A stretch of DNA of 63,534 nt, the filler included, from Bigelowiella natans CCMP2755 (lineage: Eukaryota; Protista; Cercozoa): NCBI GenBank assembly GCA_000320545.1. It is 6 parts of 6 records of this genome, joined end to end, with 100 filler letters (N's around TTAATTAATTAA, not from the genome) between each part and the next. Parts side by side here need not be neighbours in the genome. Positions count along the whole stretch, not along the records: positions 9,288 to 38,585 come from ADNK01000011.1; 5 more parts are not named here. One strand, given 5' to 3'. The notes beneath the pieces are model-generated. The model saw only the letters and a program-made list of their open reading frames with translations, was not told where the DNA came from and ran no database searches. Position numbers and translations under genes: made by a program. Below, piece after piece: positions 11,418-28,974 of this stretch. The first letter of the stretch is position 1. Every line of letters starts with the position of its first letter.

Positions 11418-11639
11418 GATGGTTGTCGTTTCAAGCAGCAGTAGCAGGTGTAGCAAGTGGGAGGGGAAGAAGATTCTCCTTAATGCAGCGATTCGGAGGA
11501 TAAGGAAGAGAAGGACGAGTCGAAGGAGGAAATCCTACTAGGAAATCCAGTAAATCTGTGGCGTTTGTGTCCTGCGACATACTTACTACTCGAAAACTTA
11601 AAAAAAACTAACCAGTAGATCACGTGCAGCAAACTCTCC

Positions 11640-12560
11640 AAATCTTGATCTCAGGATCCCTTCAACTGTCGCTGTCACATTGCCGCTAGCCACAACGCCA
11701 ATTTTCAACAGTCCTCAGCACTGATGAACGTGTTCGAGGCACTGCGTTTCGCACTTTGCAAACGTCTTGCAACACTTTGGAATCGTCCATCATCAACTAG
11801 TCAAGTTCATTGTTCATTGTTCAACCGCTCCTGTTGAATCGCTTCGTCCATTCACTCATCAGCACACAGCAGCATCAGAGAACTTCTTGGGTTTCCAAGA
11901 TTGCCAGTGACATCTCACCCATGTTCAGCATTGAAGCGAGTCCCTTTGGCACCATTCGCACACATTCTACGTCCTTCCGACTTCCGATGTTCAGTGCAGG
12001 TTTCCTTCGGCGTCACTCGCTAGCTCGTGCACTTCACGTGCAGTCTAGCTAGCTAGCAGGGCTGCGTCACACCAAACGAAAGTTGTCACTTCATCGCCAC
12101 TCTGGAAACCCACGATGAGCTCTGTGTTGCAAGCTGGAGCGACGGCTCTGCTAGGCGCCGTTGCAATGAACACGTTCTTTTCAGCACGTGTGCTCTCTGT
12201 GATCGAAGGTGATCAGTGCAAGTGCACCACGCCAGCACGCTTGTTGATGTGGTGATGCTCTTCACTAATCTCGTGAAAAGCACTCATGAACACATTCCAG
12301 CATTTTTCAACACGCATCGTACACACATCAAGCGTCAAGCAAGCGACGGTCATGTGTGAACAAATTGATGCAGACACAGGACAAGCAAGCAAGCTTGGAG
12401 GAACCTTGCTAGTCAAAAATGAAGTCCCATCGCCACAGACAACGCTAGAATGTGTGCACAACACATGCCATGATGCACACTGCTGTTGCTGATGCAGTAC
12501 GTGTGACACGCGACGCGCGGGCTGTGCGGATTCAGGTGAAACTCTTTGTTTCATTTGCTC
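11640..12560. other. TpA-depleted intergenic tract 2
   Basis: Hand count: 13 TA in 11641-12540, of which 9 are in CTAG. Confidence 0.9.
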
Positions 12561-12906
12561 TCGCTAATTTATGTTTTGATTTATTTCGTATCCCACACAA
12601 TTCATTCACACTGCGCGCTACATGTGCACGAAAGTATCTTCTTAGTTCTGTAATTGCTACAACTCTACATCTGACGGCATCTGGGATCCCTCGTCGGGGA
12701 AAAGACCTTTCCCCTGCCATCTCCGAGTCCCTTCTCCAATGTTATCCTTGTGGTGTAGTGCATAATTTCGTTAGTATGGATTAAGTCGGCAGCGAGTACG
12801 GTACACAAAAATGTAAAGCGTTTCCCAAAATGTCTTAAATGAACAAAGAGAGAGAGAGAGGCGGGGAAGGGGGGGGGGGAGGGAGAGAGAAGGAGAGAGA
12901 ATATTT

Positions 12907-14514
12907 TTATAAGTGGTAGTCTTTGAGGACCTCTTCTTTGAAGCCCCCCTTGAACATGTTATCTGCATACTCTTGTGGGACAAGTCGCAACTCGAATGGC
13001 ATCTAATTCATCAGCCCCAGCAGAAAAGAAAGTAAGAGCAAGAGTGACAACTAAAGTTGGCGAGTGGACTTACTATTCATATACAACGCATAATGCCTAA
13101 AGCAACCTCCAACAGGAACAGAAAAGTATTTATGTGGCAAAATACCTTTGTCTTATTGATGTATTGGCCAAGCTTTCCCCTTGCTGGACGAAAACAATTG
13201 ACCTATTTAAGGCATCCGAACTAACTTCTTCAAACAAACCAGTGTATCAATCTGCTCTCATTTTGGAAACCGAACAATACAATACAATTATTCAGAAGGG
13301 AAAATCACCATTGAGAAACATGCAAACCTAAGAACACGTAGAATTTAAGATCGATTTTTCGTACCGCGACAACCCAATCTCCCTCTTCTATGCCAGCTGT
13401 GACTCCGTAGTTGAAAACCTTTGTCACTCTATAAATATTAAAAATATGCGTGTGTTGGTGTTTTTGTGTGCAAGGCCGACCGCAATGAATGGGTAAGAAA
13501 ACCTGTGAGATAATGGATGGATCGTGATGCCATAAGGGCGCCGATCAATTTTTACGATCTTAATCTTTTTCTGAACAAATTATCAGAGGACACAAATATC
13601 GCTGCCCTGAAATGGTTATTCTTGTTTCACGTTTCTCTCGCTCTCCCTCTTTCATTCAAAAAAAAATTCTTCTCGTCAAATATGGAACCGGAAGAAGCTT
13701 CTGGACACCGCTCTCGAAAACTTGGTCTAGGCCTTAAGTAGGGGGGGTGAAGGTGGTGAGATACGAGCATTCAACGCTGCTAGGATAGTATTAGTGAAGT
13801 GTATATGTGGTACAATATGGGCTGAAATATGCATAACATACCTTTTCGTAAAGCACGTGCTTTCTGCATCAAGGGAGGCGTGATGTCGCGGCTCCTCATC
13901 GCCTGAATAAACATGCCATATCGTCAGAACTACAAAATGAATCGTACGCAAATATATAGAATGTTCACAGTGATTCCAGATCTATGTTCTTATGACAACT
14001 CTGAAATCGTCAGACAATGTTTCTCTTGGCCAATAGAACCAAAACAACAACACAAATGAACACTCCTACGACTTTGTCCAAATGCCATTTGGCTGATTCC
14101 AAGTCTGGAACGTCTCTCATATCCGGATACCTGATTAAGAGTGTGTCATCCCTTTCAACATGCACAAGATTTAACTATTCACCACTTCTGTCGCAAGTGC
14201 AGTAGTAACTACCACTGCTGCTACTACTGCTATGATACCTGATCATTGAGATGTTTCCATACACAACAGCCAGGTTTATGTGTGCCGCCTTAAAGAAAAC
14301 AACGGAATGTTCCATGAATGATATATACTTCGAAATAAAATTTCCACAAAACATATGATGATGATGATGATGACTGGCATACGGGATGTTGGTCGTATTG
14401 ATGCAAAGCGAGCTCCCACAGTTTTATGCTGTCTCTGAATTTTCCTGATTACAGTAGTACATGGAAATATGCTTATCTGTTATCAACCTAGTGAAGTACA
14501 TTTAGTTTCATATA

Positions 14515-14553
<39 letters not shown>

Positions 14554-15341
14554 ATTCCGTGTGCAAACAAATACGTGGTACACAGCAGCACTACTCAATA
14601 TAATCAGCAACCTTGTTGAAACAGGATTCCCCCCGTCTGGTGACAAACATCTATGTGAAGAAGAGAATCATGCGTGGAACTCCTCAACTAGAATGACATA
14701 GTGATTGCGACCGGCTGTTAGGGAGCGGATAACGTCATCATCGCTTGGCTGTAAAGCAGAAAAAACGATTCCTCAAGTTTAATGATTCTAATTATTTATG
14801 ATATTTTAAAGGGCTAACCGTAAGCGATGATCTAGAAATGATGCCTCTGTAGACTAGAAGTGCTTTCTCCACGCTTGATCAGAAAATGAACATAGAATCA
14901 TTGAATTTAACACTACTTCGTTTCTAGTTAGTGGGGCGAACGTACTTGCCGACTTCTTCAAAATCTCTCGCTTGCTTAATTTGCCTCTAATGTGAAAAAG
15001 AGCATATTTGAAAGCCAGTCTAAAAGGGATAAACTTCGATATAGAGAACCTTCAAGGAGTCCCTCATTACTTGTGCTGTCATCTTGTTCATATCATACTG
15101 AAATCACGCATTGAATTAGAGAACATGATTACGAAGAAGAAGCTTTTCGTACACCGACCTCTGCGTGAACATTTGCCGAGTTGAGCGGCAGGTCGCTGGG
15201 TCCAACGCCATTCATCAGCCTGTGCTCTTCACCAAGGCCTCTCGCAATCCACTGGATCAAGAGGAGACTAACTACAACCAAAAGCACAAATCTACTCTCC
15301 CTCGCCTGTGGGCGGCGAGGGAATGCCATCGTAACATCCAT
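12907..15341 (-). CDS. Protein with N-terminal hydrophobic leader, TPR-like repeats and a C-terminal PDZ-like domain; multi-exon
   Basis: Exons: RFVLLVVVSLLLIQW (leader); GKFRDSIKLWELALHQYDQHP-AAHINLAVVYGN (TPR-like); KKIKIVKIDRRPYGITIHPLSHRVTKVFNYGVTAGIEEGDWVVA-VNCFRP...KTK-MPFELRLVPQ...DYHL* (PDZ-like PYGI loop and AGI.EGD.VVAVN motif). Confidence 0.72.
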
Positions 15342-15521
15342 CTATGAGGAAGGGCTTGCCGTGTGCATCGGTTGAGACACGGCTTGCACGATCTCAAAAG
15401 TTTTTTTTTTAGGAAATATTCCGTATCTTCGAATGCGTTAGGTGAGCAGGGAACAATCATCCTTCGCAGACATCTTTTTGTCCTTACTTTATCTGTCTTA
15501 AGTTGGAGTCCACGAACAGGT

Positions 15522-17100
15522 ATGATGAGCGACATGTGGCCTCAGTTTGCTCTCTTTTCTATTGAAGTATGATCGACATTTTCTGGACAGAAACTTAGAA
15601 CTAAATCGATCGGAAATTTGCAACATCGTAGAACACAAATTTAAGCCTGTGAACACGTCCTGTCAAAAAAATACCCAATAAACATCGAAAATGATACAAC
15701 ATACCATCTGATTTCTGGTTAGTCCAACCGTCCCCCCATCGCAGCCCAGAACCACATTAACCTTTGCTCTTGAGAAGCAAGCGGATGCAGGCGTAGCTCT
15801 GCCAACAGGTGCCCATCGCTTGAATAAACTGATAGTGTGATTAATTTAGTGATTGGAAAGTAATACTAACACATTAGGTGTCCTCAAGATGCTCCACAGG
15901 AACCAAGTGGGCCTCCTACGAGGGAGGACGCTCAAACATGGCTCTGATCACGCACAACCACAGTTAAAGAATGCTGGGTCACTTCTTCGCATGGGCACCA
16001 AAACGCTCATGTCATTTATTGGTGTTGCCCCAACGGCAACAACTACTTCACACACAAACGCCATTGGCGCCGCCTTGGTGAAGGCTTCCAAGGAGGCAAA
16101 GAAGGCTGCCTCAAGGAATTTTTCTCTGCCGGTGGAGAGACCGGGAGGGAGATATCTCACCCGAATTCAAATGGATAGAATGAAGAAAGCGGCTGCTGAA
16201 GCTGCAAAGCGGGCAGAGAAAGATAGACTACTAAGGGGAAGGACAGGTAAATACCATCTTCCGGATCTTTTCATAGTTTCACTAATATCATAACGCTTGC
16301 ACCATCAGGGCTCGGAGTAATCATAGAAATGCTTCAAACCCCCGTTGGATTCGTGCAGAGGTTCTTCCAAGAAAGTTTACTTTGACTCCGGTTACTACTT
16401 ACTCCACTATACGCAGGCACAAAATTAAGTTCTTAATCTCGATAATCCTGGGAAGCACAGTAGTCATGATCGTCCTCGTTCTTGTGCTACGGAAGGTATA
16501 CTTCATGTTTAAATGGAAAATCTTACTGCAACAAATAAATCAAATGAATGAATCGTTGGGTTGTGTGTGCATGTAAACGTGTATGTGTGTGTGGGTGGGC
16601 TCCTAATCTTGATTTGGATTTAAGATGAGGGATAATCTACGGGAGAAAAAGACTGAATTGAAGAGGTAAGCAAAGGATAAAACATGCATCAATCTGGGAT
16701 AATATTTGCCATATCAGGTTAAGGCTGTTGATCTTCCATCGATTAACCATGCTAAAGGAACGCTCCAATCACTGGTTTGAGTTCGTATGCAAATTCTCTT
16801 TTTCCACTTGACACAAAAAACGATAAATTTCAGGAAAGAAATAGCACGAGAAATGGAGATAGAGATGGCTGACTGCAAAGCACTTCAGGTCCTAGCTGTT
16901 TCTCTTATTTAAAAAATAATTAAATGAGTGACGTGTCACTGTATTAAACTCGGGTTTGATATTCCATAGATTTCTAGAACTGAAGCGGCAATAGGTATGT
17001 TATTTGATGAGCTTCTTACACTCTCAACTGAAAGGTATTGACAAAATTAAACTGCGTTATTAGGTCGCATATTTATACACATTTTGTGTGTATGTAATAT

Positions 17101-17140
<40 letters not shown>

Positions 17141-17239
17141 TGTGGGGTGTTTGTGTGTGTGTGTGTGTGTGTGCTAAATACCTGATATAGTCAATGGTTT
17201 GCAGATATGTTCCAGAAGATCAAGACTTTGAAAAAATAG
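15522..17239 (+). CDS. Hypothetical single-pass membrane protein with coiled-coil tail; multi-exon
   Basis: Long exon about 15879-16247, TM segment KFLISIILGSTVVMIVLVLVLRK, then short in-frame exons ending IDMFQKIKTLKK*. The start is uncertain. Confidence 0.5.
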
Positions 17240-17811
17240 AGGACACCAAAAAGGAGAATGTACCTGTCTCTCGCAGCAAGTGAATTATTGTATTGAGTTG
17301 ATTAGAAATAGTATGCGGACTTATTACGTTAGTTATCTGAGTTATGCACGCACATGTCATTAGTCATTGTGATGTCAGCAGTGGTCATCATTCGATCTGT
17401 CGATGCGGTGTGCTGTGTGCTGTCGTTGCAATGACAAATGCGCGAGTGTATGTTTGTCATACTCCGTCATTATTTCCATATTTTTCGCCAGTGCAGCGCC
17501 ATAAAGCACGTACGGCTGACAAGGCTCAGTATACTACTAGTGGTTGTGGACATCCAGGAAAATTTATGGCTCATGCTATATATTATCTAGATTATTATTA
17601 TATGGGCTGTACACGCAACAATAAATACAATATATGATGTTCTGACATATATATATATATAGAGAGAGAGAGAGGTCGCATGAGGACGCTTTCAAATGCA
17701 TGAAACACATTGTGGCAGAAACCAACAGATGCAACATTAGCGCTGTAGCCGCTGCATTGCACAGCTACATCAGGATGACCATTGAAAAAATTTAATTCTT
17801 CATCACATCCG

Positions 17812-17880
<69 letters not shown>

Positions 17881-18250
17881 GTATATACGTTAGATGCACT
17901 AGAGTACGCAGCAGCTGGCATGCAGTACGAGCGCACTGCCGCCGCCATAGCAGGCGCAGCATGACACCCACTTTTGTGCGTGCGTGGATATATAATTGTA
18001 GCTATACATTGCTGCTACATATGCCACCAGATCAAATCTGTGCACAATTTCAATATATCAACATGCAAAGCTGTGCCATTATTGTGCGCATTTCTCTCCT
18101 CACATCAACCAATCTTTAAAACTCTTGATACTATCGATATACGCCGATGATGACTTAGTGACCGTATGCATTCGTGCTCGAATGATGCATCTCTTCTAAT
18201 ACATATATCTAATATCCATCCATTTTCAGCTTAACACCACGGTATTGTTA

Positions 18251-19003
18251 CTAAGAATCGGGTTCGAAAACGTGTTCGTATGTGAGGAGTCTGTCTCGTT
18301 TGCAGACCATTGCCATCGAATCGGCAGCAACCTGTGATATCCAATTTCAAGAGAAACTCAAAGGGCTGTTCTACAAGAATAAAAACTGACAATATTTCAC
18401 GTTTCCGTGCACGTTAGAGGCTGATAAACGATAGCATGGCGAAAATAGAACCAGAGGAAATGGGGTACTGAGATAGAAATTCACTGTTTGAATGTATATA
18501 CTTCAGATCCAAGTTTGGTTTCATATGCAGCTGCAAGATCCTCCTTCTTATCAAACCATAATTCGGCAACCTGCACACGAATGTGAGCTTATAATAACCA
18601 AAATAATCAGATGCGATCAAATTTCCCACCCCATCGTACATAGGTTCTTCATCCCCTTCTGCTACGTCAACTAGACTCACTGCATACCTAAGAAATCATA
18701 CGAATAAGTTCTAAGCAACCAATTAAACAGTTTCCCGTTACTTTTTCAATCCTGGCAATTGCAGGGCAAGTCCCTTATGCTGAGTCAGCCACCATTTCTC
18801 GAACTCGGATCGCTCGATACCTTGATATTCGGCAACGAGTTAGGAAGCATTGCCAAATTTCGTGTGTTGTCACATGATTCGATACAACCTTCCTTTCTCT
18901 TGAGCATGATCATAGCCTTGAACTGAGGAGAAGATGATGTACTGAACTGAGACAGAGCATACCCCCCCTGCTTCGCCAGCCGCTTCCTCAGAGCTCCCAG
19001 CAT
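18251..19003 (-). CDS. EthD-family (dimeric alpha/beta-barrel) protein with mitochondrial-type presequence; 5 exons
   Basis: Spliced: MLGALRKRLAKQGGYALSQFSTSSSPQ-FKAMIMLKRKEGIERSEFEKWWLTQHKGLALQLPGLKKYAVSLVDVAEGDEEPMYDGVAELWFDKKEDLAAAYETKLGSEVAADSMAMVCKRDRLLTYEHVFEPDS*. It has the EthD hallmarks LKRK.G....F..WW...H..LA..LPG and YDGVAELWFD. Confidence 0.85.
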
Positions 19004-19252
19004 CGTGAATAATAATAATATCCGCTCTGGTTTGTTTTTTCCAGGATTTTCCCGCAAAACCTCCCGGGTACCGCCATCCGCATGGCAACCTTATCGCGAT
19101 GTATAATTCCCCTCGATTTGGCTCTAAAGTAAGAAATTGGCACATTTCCAGGATTTTGGCGGGATTGGGAATCGCAAACTAGGTGCTCTCGTCCTCCTCG
19201 AATTACGGGAAAGGGAAAAGAAGAGTTGGAGAGACTGCCCCGCCTTCACACG
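19004..19252. promoter_or_regulatory. Compact bidirectional promoter between the EthD-family gene and ATAD2
   Basis: The two inferred start codons are head-to-head and about 250 bp apart. Confidence 0.55.
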
Positions 19253-22200
19253 ATGCCCTTAACTCCCAACTCAGACATGATACATGGAGGTCGCCGTAGC
19301 GTTTCTTCGAGAAGGGCTAGGCCGCCATCTTCTCTCAGTCAAGTGCAGAAGAGTGACAGTGACCACGAAGCTGAAGCTACGGCAGTGAGGTCCAACACTC
19401 GTTCTTCATCCAGGCGACGAAGAACAATAACTCCCAAATCAACAAGGTCGAGAAGGACCAGAAGTTTCTCTTCTCAGGGCTCTCAATTCCAGCAGTATGA
19501 AGATGAAGGGGACGAGAACAATGCAAATGAGGCCAACGAAAATATATCCGATCAGAAGAGCCCCTCTGAGACTGGAAAAATGAGATCAAGGAGGAATAGG
19601 AAGCAACCGACAAGGTACACCATTGAGCCTCACGTTCCGAAATCGAGGAAGCGCAAATTGGACGACGAGAGCCAAGAGAGTGACGAGATTGACGATGAGG
19701 ATGAGGACGAGGATGAATCTGATGAAGAGGACGAGGAGGAGGAAGATGAAGAGAGTGATGATGAAGACGATCATGAAGAAGGAAACAAATTTCAAGATTC
19801 TGATCTCAAGCGAAGACGAAGAAAGCCGACCCATTACACTCCAGGCGAATCTTCTTACGTTACTGACAAGCGTAAAAGGAAGAAGAAGAAGAAGAAAAAA
19901 AAGAAGTTTCAAAATAGACGTTTTAGTAGTTCGCAGTCAGCAGACGAGAGTAACCATAGGATGTCGAGGCGTGCTAGTTCCTCTTATAAATCAAGGCGCC
20001 TGCGAGGCGAGGACCCCGTGTTTGCGGGGATTGGTATCGAAGAGCCAGCACCCAGACATCCAGATTCTGAACCTCGAAGTGGGCGCACTCTTCGCCGTGA
20101 ACGCAAACAGACAAAGTTCTTCAACCCGGGTAATGAGGGGATCAGGAGGTCTAAAGACTGGGACGATGACGGAGAGTTTTATAAAAACACAAGTGAGACA
20201 GACGAGGATGCCGATGAAGAGGAGGACGAGGACGAGGAAGAGGAAGAAGACGATGAAAAGGAACACTTCGTGCGTCGAAGTCAACGTATTCGCAAAGAGG
20301 TAAAAAATTACCAAACATCCTTTTTTATTGATTGACATTAACACACGTCATTATATCGTAGGTGAAGCGGTTACACTTTGACAACCCTGAGGAAAATAAA
20401 GCCAAACGTAAATTACGATCTGATCATCGTTCCTCCAGCCATCTAACTAGACGAAACAGGAGTGAAGGAAATATTAGTTACAGGTCTAGCAGAGCAGAGA
20501 GAAGGGAAAGACGTGCAAGAAGACGGAATCAAGCAAATCGAACTGATTCGGACTTGGGATCGGATACAAACCACAGACGCAGACGACATGCTCACGCGTA
20601 TGGCCAGGAAGATGACGAAGAGGTACAAACCAACCCATAACCATGCAATCTTTTTCCTTTCATGACACCCTTTCTTTCACGTTAGGTTTCTTTAAGTTCA
20701 ACAGATTCAAGTGAAGCTTTTGATAAGAAGGAAGCTAGACGTCTCCATCGAGAGAGATCAAAAGTTCGACCGATAAACCTGGAAATGCATGAGTTGTCTT
20801 CCCTTAACCTAAATGGCTACAAATCACAAAGCAAAAAATCCGAAAAGGCCGACATTGATCCCGCGAATATTGATCTCAATGTCGACTGGAAGTCAATCGG
20901 GGGTCTTGAGAATCACATTACTGCACTGAAAGAGATGGTCACTTTACCCTTGATGTATCCTGATTTATTTACGACCTTGTCGATAACACCTCCGCGTGGA
21001 GTAATTTTCTATGGACCTCCCGGGACTGGAAAAACATTGGTCGCAAGGGCTCTGGCAAGCACTTGTTCTCGCCATGGACAGAAGGTCTTCTGTATATGTG
21101 TGTTCCCTAGCGTTTTCTCACATTGACACTTTTTTTATACTTGATGGTACTAGGTATCTTTCTTCATGCGGAAGGGAGCCGATTGTCTTTCCAAATGGGT
21201 TGGGGAAGCCGAGCGTCAGTTAAGACTTTTATTTGAGCAAGCGAGGCGAATGCAGCCTTCAATAATTTTCTTTGATGAGATCGATGGTCTCGCACCAGTA
21301 AGTGAATAATGAACTTTCTCCATCAATTGTTCGTCGATAATATCGTCCATTTTTTCAGGTTCGATCTTCGAGACAAGATCAAATCCATAGTTCGATCGTT
21401 TCCACACTTCTTGCTCTTATGGATGGATTGGATAATAGGGGCCAGGTTTTCTAGTGTTAGTTATGTATTTCCTGTACAAAGTTCTTGAAGCTTTCTCTGA
21501 CAAAATAGGTTATCGTCATTGGAGCGACAAATAGAATCGATGCTATTGATCCCGCACTTCGACGGCCTGGGTATCTTCTTGTTGCAGTATTTTCACAATA
21601 AATTGTTGATAACAGTGTATATGTTGTGGGAAAACCAGACGATTTGATAGAGAGCTACGTTTCGGTCTTCCGAGTCGAGAGGCGAGGGCTAAGATACTCT
21701 CCATTCACACGAACAAATGGGAGCCGAAGCCTGGCTCTTTTTTCCTTCAACGTCTTTCCGGTAAATGTACTGGCTACTGCGGAGCTGATTTAAAGGTATG
21801 AGACTCAGTTTCTGGGGAATTCCACAGAAGACTTAGTTCTGCGAAATTTTAGGCATTATGCACGGAAGCATCATTGGAAGCAATACGTCGATTATTCCCA
21901 CAAGTATACAGCAGCGATAGGCGACTAAAGCTTGATTTTAGCAAAATTAAAGTGGAAGGTGATCTATTATTTTTTAACCAAGTGGAGGCAATGACCAGGC
22001 TAATCGCACATGATATTTGGTCTCAGAATGTGATTTTGATGTAGCGCTGGAGAAAATTGTTGCTTCATCGAAACGGAATCGTGGCCTGCCAACAAGGATC
22101 CTGCCATTACATATGCATCCGCTCCTCTTGAACCAGTTAGAAAAAGTTGTCCAGATTATTGGCTTAGACACTACGAATCAGGATGACATGGAAGAAGTCG

Positions 22201-24354
22201 GTAAAGATATAAAAAAGATTACAGCTGGTGTAAACGTAATTGTGGATGGGAAGTCCAATATGGGCCAGAGCTACCTCGGGTATGCTTCCACAGATGTTGG
22301 TTACAAGATACGTTCTCTCACTTATTCCATTTATCAGACCTGCGATACTGCAGCGATTAGAAAGTTTACCGGCGTTTTCTATCGATCTTCCTACCCTTCT
22401 TTCAGATTCGAAGTACCTTAAACTAGAGTCGCAATCCAGCTAACATCTTTCATTAGACTCCTCTAATTATTATTGCATTTATTACTTTAGTACGAGTTGC
22501 GCTGAGGAAGCGCTGACTAGAAGATTTGGGGAATGTTTGGGACAAGCTCCGGCAATCTTATACTGGCCACACATTGATCTATGGTGGGAAACCGCGACGG
22601 AATCTCTCAAAGCAACAATCACCATGCTTATTGAGGATTTAACCCCTGACAATAAAGTGATAATCATGGCCCTTTCAAACGTAGATACACAGGTATTTCA
22701 AAGTGGTCTTTTTACCAGGACAACAATTTCGTTATTATTCAAATTTTGAATTTTGTAGGATCTTGCGTTGGAGTTGCGCGAAGTTATAAAGTCCAAATCT
22801 TTCTTGCGACACACACTCTCCCAGCCTGACTTGTCTGCAAGAAGCTGTTTCTTTAGCCAGTTGCTCGAAGAGGTGTTTCATTATTAATATTACTATACGC
22901 ATAGATATGTTTTTGGAGTTCAATAATATCAATGTAGATGCGTTTTTTCCTTTCCTACGACTGACCAGCATTGTGCCTTTTTTTTTGCAGGTGAAGAAAC
23001 CCATCGTTGTGCCAACAAAAAGAAATCTTGAACTCAAGCAGCATTCTATGGATCACGAAGAGGATCTAGAGACCAATGTCGTAAATTGAAAATAACTAAG
23101 TCATTTGAACGTCCGTATCTCAATGCCCGTGTCTTTTTTCAGCTCGAAGATCTTCATAAGGGGTTGGATGGAAACAATACCGACGCGGCAAACTCACACC
23201 TTGTGCATGGAATCGGTGAAGAGAACGAAGTTGTTTTGTGTAAATTGCGTATGTTCCTACGGTCTGTTGTAGACAGGCTCATGAAGTACTTCAAGGTACA
23301 TTCCTCTCAATACGATACGAAAAGTCATAGCTCACGATATCGTATGTGTTTCTAGGAATTCGTGTATCCAGGAGAGGAGCGTCATCACAACTACAAAACC
23401 TTTATATTAAACCCCATTTGCCTCAGCGATATTCGCGATAAAGTTAACAATGGAGTATATCTAACTGTGAAACAATTTCTAACTGATATCGACCTTCTCG
23501 TTTCCAATGCAAAGGTACTTCATCATCCATTTATAAATTCTTTGAGAAGAGAATTAACCTAGATTCTTTGCCAGGAATACTACTTCCCAAATCGAGCGGA
23601 TGGTCGTAATATTATTAACAAAGCTTGTCACCTCCAAGATAGTGCTTTCTCCATGGTTTGTCAGTTTCCCAAGAAACTTGAAAAAAAATGCCGAGAAATC
23701 AACTCTCTCAAGCAAGCTCTAGACCAACGACGGGCAACGGCCAAGGCAAAAGTTGCCGAGAAAGAAAAAAACATGAGAGAAGAGCAGAAAATGAGAAAAA
23801 CAAAGGAGCAATGTCAACAACAAACACCTTCGGAGAATGATCAAGACGAAAAACAGGGAGATTTGGAGGTTGGGAAAAAAGATCCTGAGGTTGAGACTGG
23901 GACCGGAAGTGAATTAAAAAATCTAGATGGACATCAAAGAGCTGAAGAAAAAGGAAATAAAACTTCTGACTGCTCTGAAGACGAAGGAAAGGAGCGAAAG
24001 CCCGTTGTGCATCAAACATCCAGCAGTACAGAAGATTTGCAACTCAACAACAACGATAATGATGACGGAACTGATTTGAAAGAAAGACAGTTGGTCCAGG
24101 AAGAGAGACAGAATATGATCGTGGAAGAAAGTCACTCAATCACACTGGAGGACAACCTCAAAAAAATAAATGTCGATACGCAAAAGATGCATAATTTATT
24201 TTCTGGCAAGCTGAAGCAAAAGTTCTCCGAACTCCATGTTCAAGATCTAGAGTTGCTTTATCTTAGGATGCTGGCATTAATTCAGGAACATCGATCAAAA
24301 GTTGACCAAGAAGGGTTTCTGGAAGCTCTTGAACTCGTAGTAGAGAATTTCTAG
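19253..24354 (+). CDS. ATAD2: ATAD2/Yta7/Abo1-type AAA+ ATPase histone chaperone with bromodomain; multi-exon
   Basis: Acidic/basic N-terminal tail; ADIDP..ID..VDWKSIGGL..HI..LKEMV.LPL.YP; Walker A GPPGTGKT; FFMRKGADCLSKWVGEAERQLRLLFEQA; Walker B IIFFDEIDGLAP; RSSRQDQIHSSIVSTLLALMDGLDNRG; bromodomain-like FILNPICLSDIRDKVNNGVYLTVKQFLTDIDLLVSNAKEY. Confidence 0.95.
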
Positions 24355-25621
24355 CTGCCGCAGCTGTACGTAACCCTGTCACGCGAACGTTTGACATCGT
24401 GATCTGAAGGATTGTCTTTCCATCCACGCTTTCATTTTGCTATAATCTACTATTCTGATGTACCTCGCTGTTGCAGTCATGCAGTGATTACGCGCAAGTC
24501 GCACACCACGATACGAAGCCTACCTGCTAGACACCGCGCACTGTCGAATAGCCCATTTTATGCAGGCGCGGTACTAATAACTTGCGCCATTCATTTCGTT
24601 AATATCACACTGCATGCACACTTAAAGGTTGTCTATCAGCTTATGCATAGTGTCACAATAAAGCTCAAATGCCAGCGTGACGCCTGCTAGAGATGATGTG
24701 CTCGTTGCTGGGCTGCGCATGCTGAGCATTACGCATCTAAGCATGCTTATTTTGCGCTAATATGCGAGAGATTTGTATCAAGCTTATTAAATCATTACAT
24801 TAACAGAAACATAACGCTCTGCGATATCTAGCTATGCATGCACAGCATAACAATTGGAAGACGGCAGTGAGAAACACCTAGCCTGGTCTCATGTTACATG
24901 CTACTTTCAAGCCTGTTACTGTTTGTAGCAGTTCCCCGGCTACCCTACATCGCGCGCCTGCCGGAGAAAACAGCAGCCATGACATGTACTAGACGACTCT
25001 GATGGCTTTGATTGCTATGCTAAAAGATTGGGTGTACTGTTCGGTTTTGACACATAAATAAGAGCAACGCCAGAGCACTTTCGTTATATCAATTTACACT
25101 ACCTCCATCGAAATCACTGAAGATCTCAAAACCCTCATCACTACATTTTTTGCATTTAAACTATTGATGGTCCTTCGGCCTACTATGAATGAGAGAATCA
25201 AACCCTAGACCTATCCATGGGTGTGCCCAGACCTGATCCCACGTGCATGAGATCTATGGGTGCTCGCAGCAATGAAGTTCGAAGTTCAGGTTTCTCCACT
25301 ACGGCTGGATACGTCGTATATTTTAGGGATAAATCAAGGCCATTTGAAAGCCTGCGACAAGGATAAGGAAGCCCATTCCTTTACGGCCTTTCTTCCTAGC
25401 CCCCCCTTTTCTTGGAACAGGTAGCTTCTTCGCTTCTCCCCCTTATTTTCCTTCTTAATCTGCAGAACTGATGTCATTCAACATTCCGGTTTAGGAAATA
25501 TTTCAAATTTCTTGTTCTAAATTCACTTCTGCATTGAATCTCTTCGTCCTCTCATTGATTTTTGCACTCTTTTTGCAGCTCAAAGTATCGACAAGCTCTT
25601 GCTTCGAATTTATTTTCCATC

Positions 25622-28974
<3,353 letters not shown>

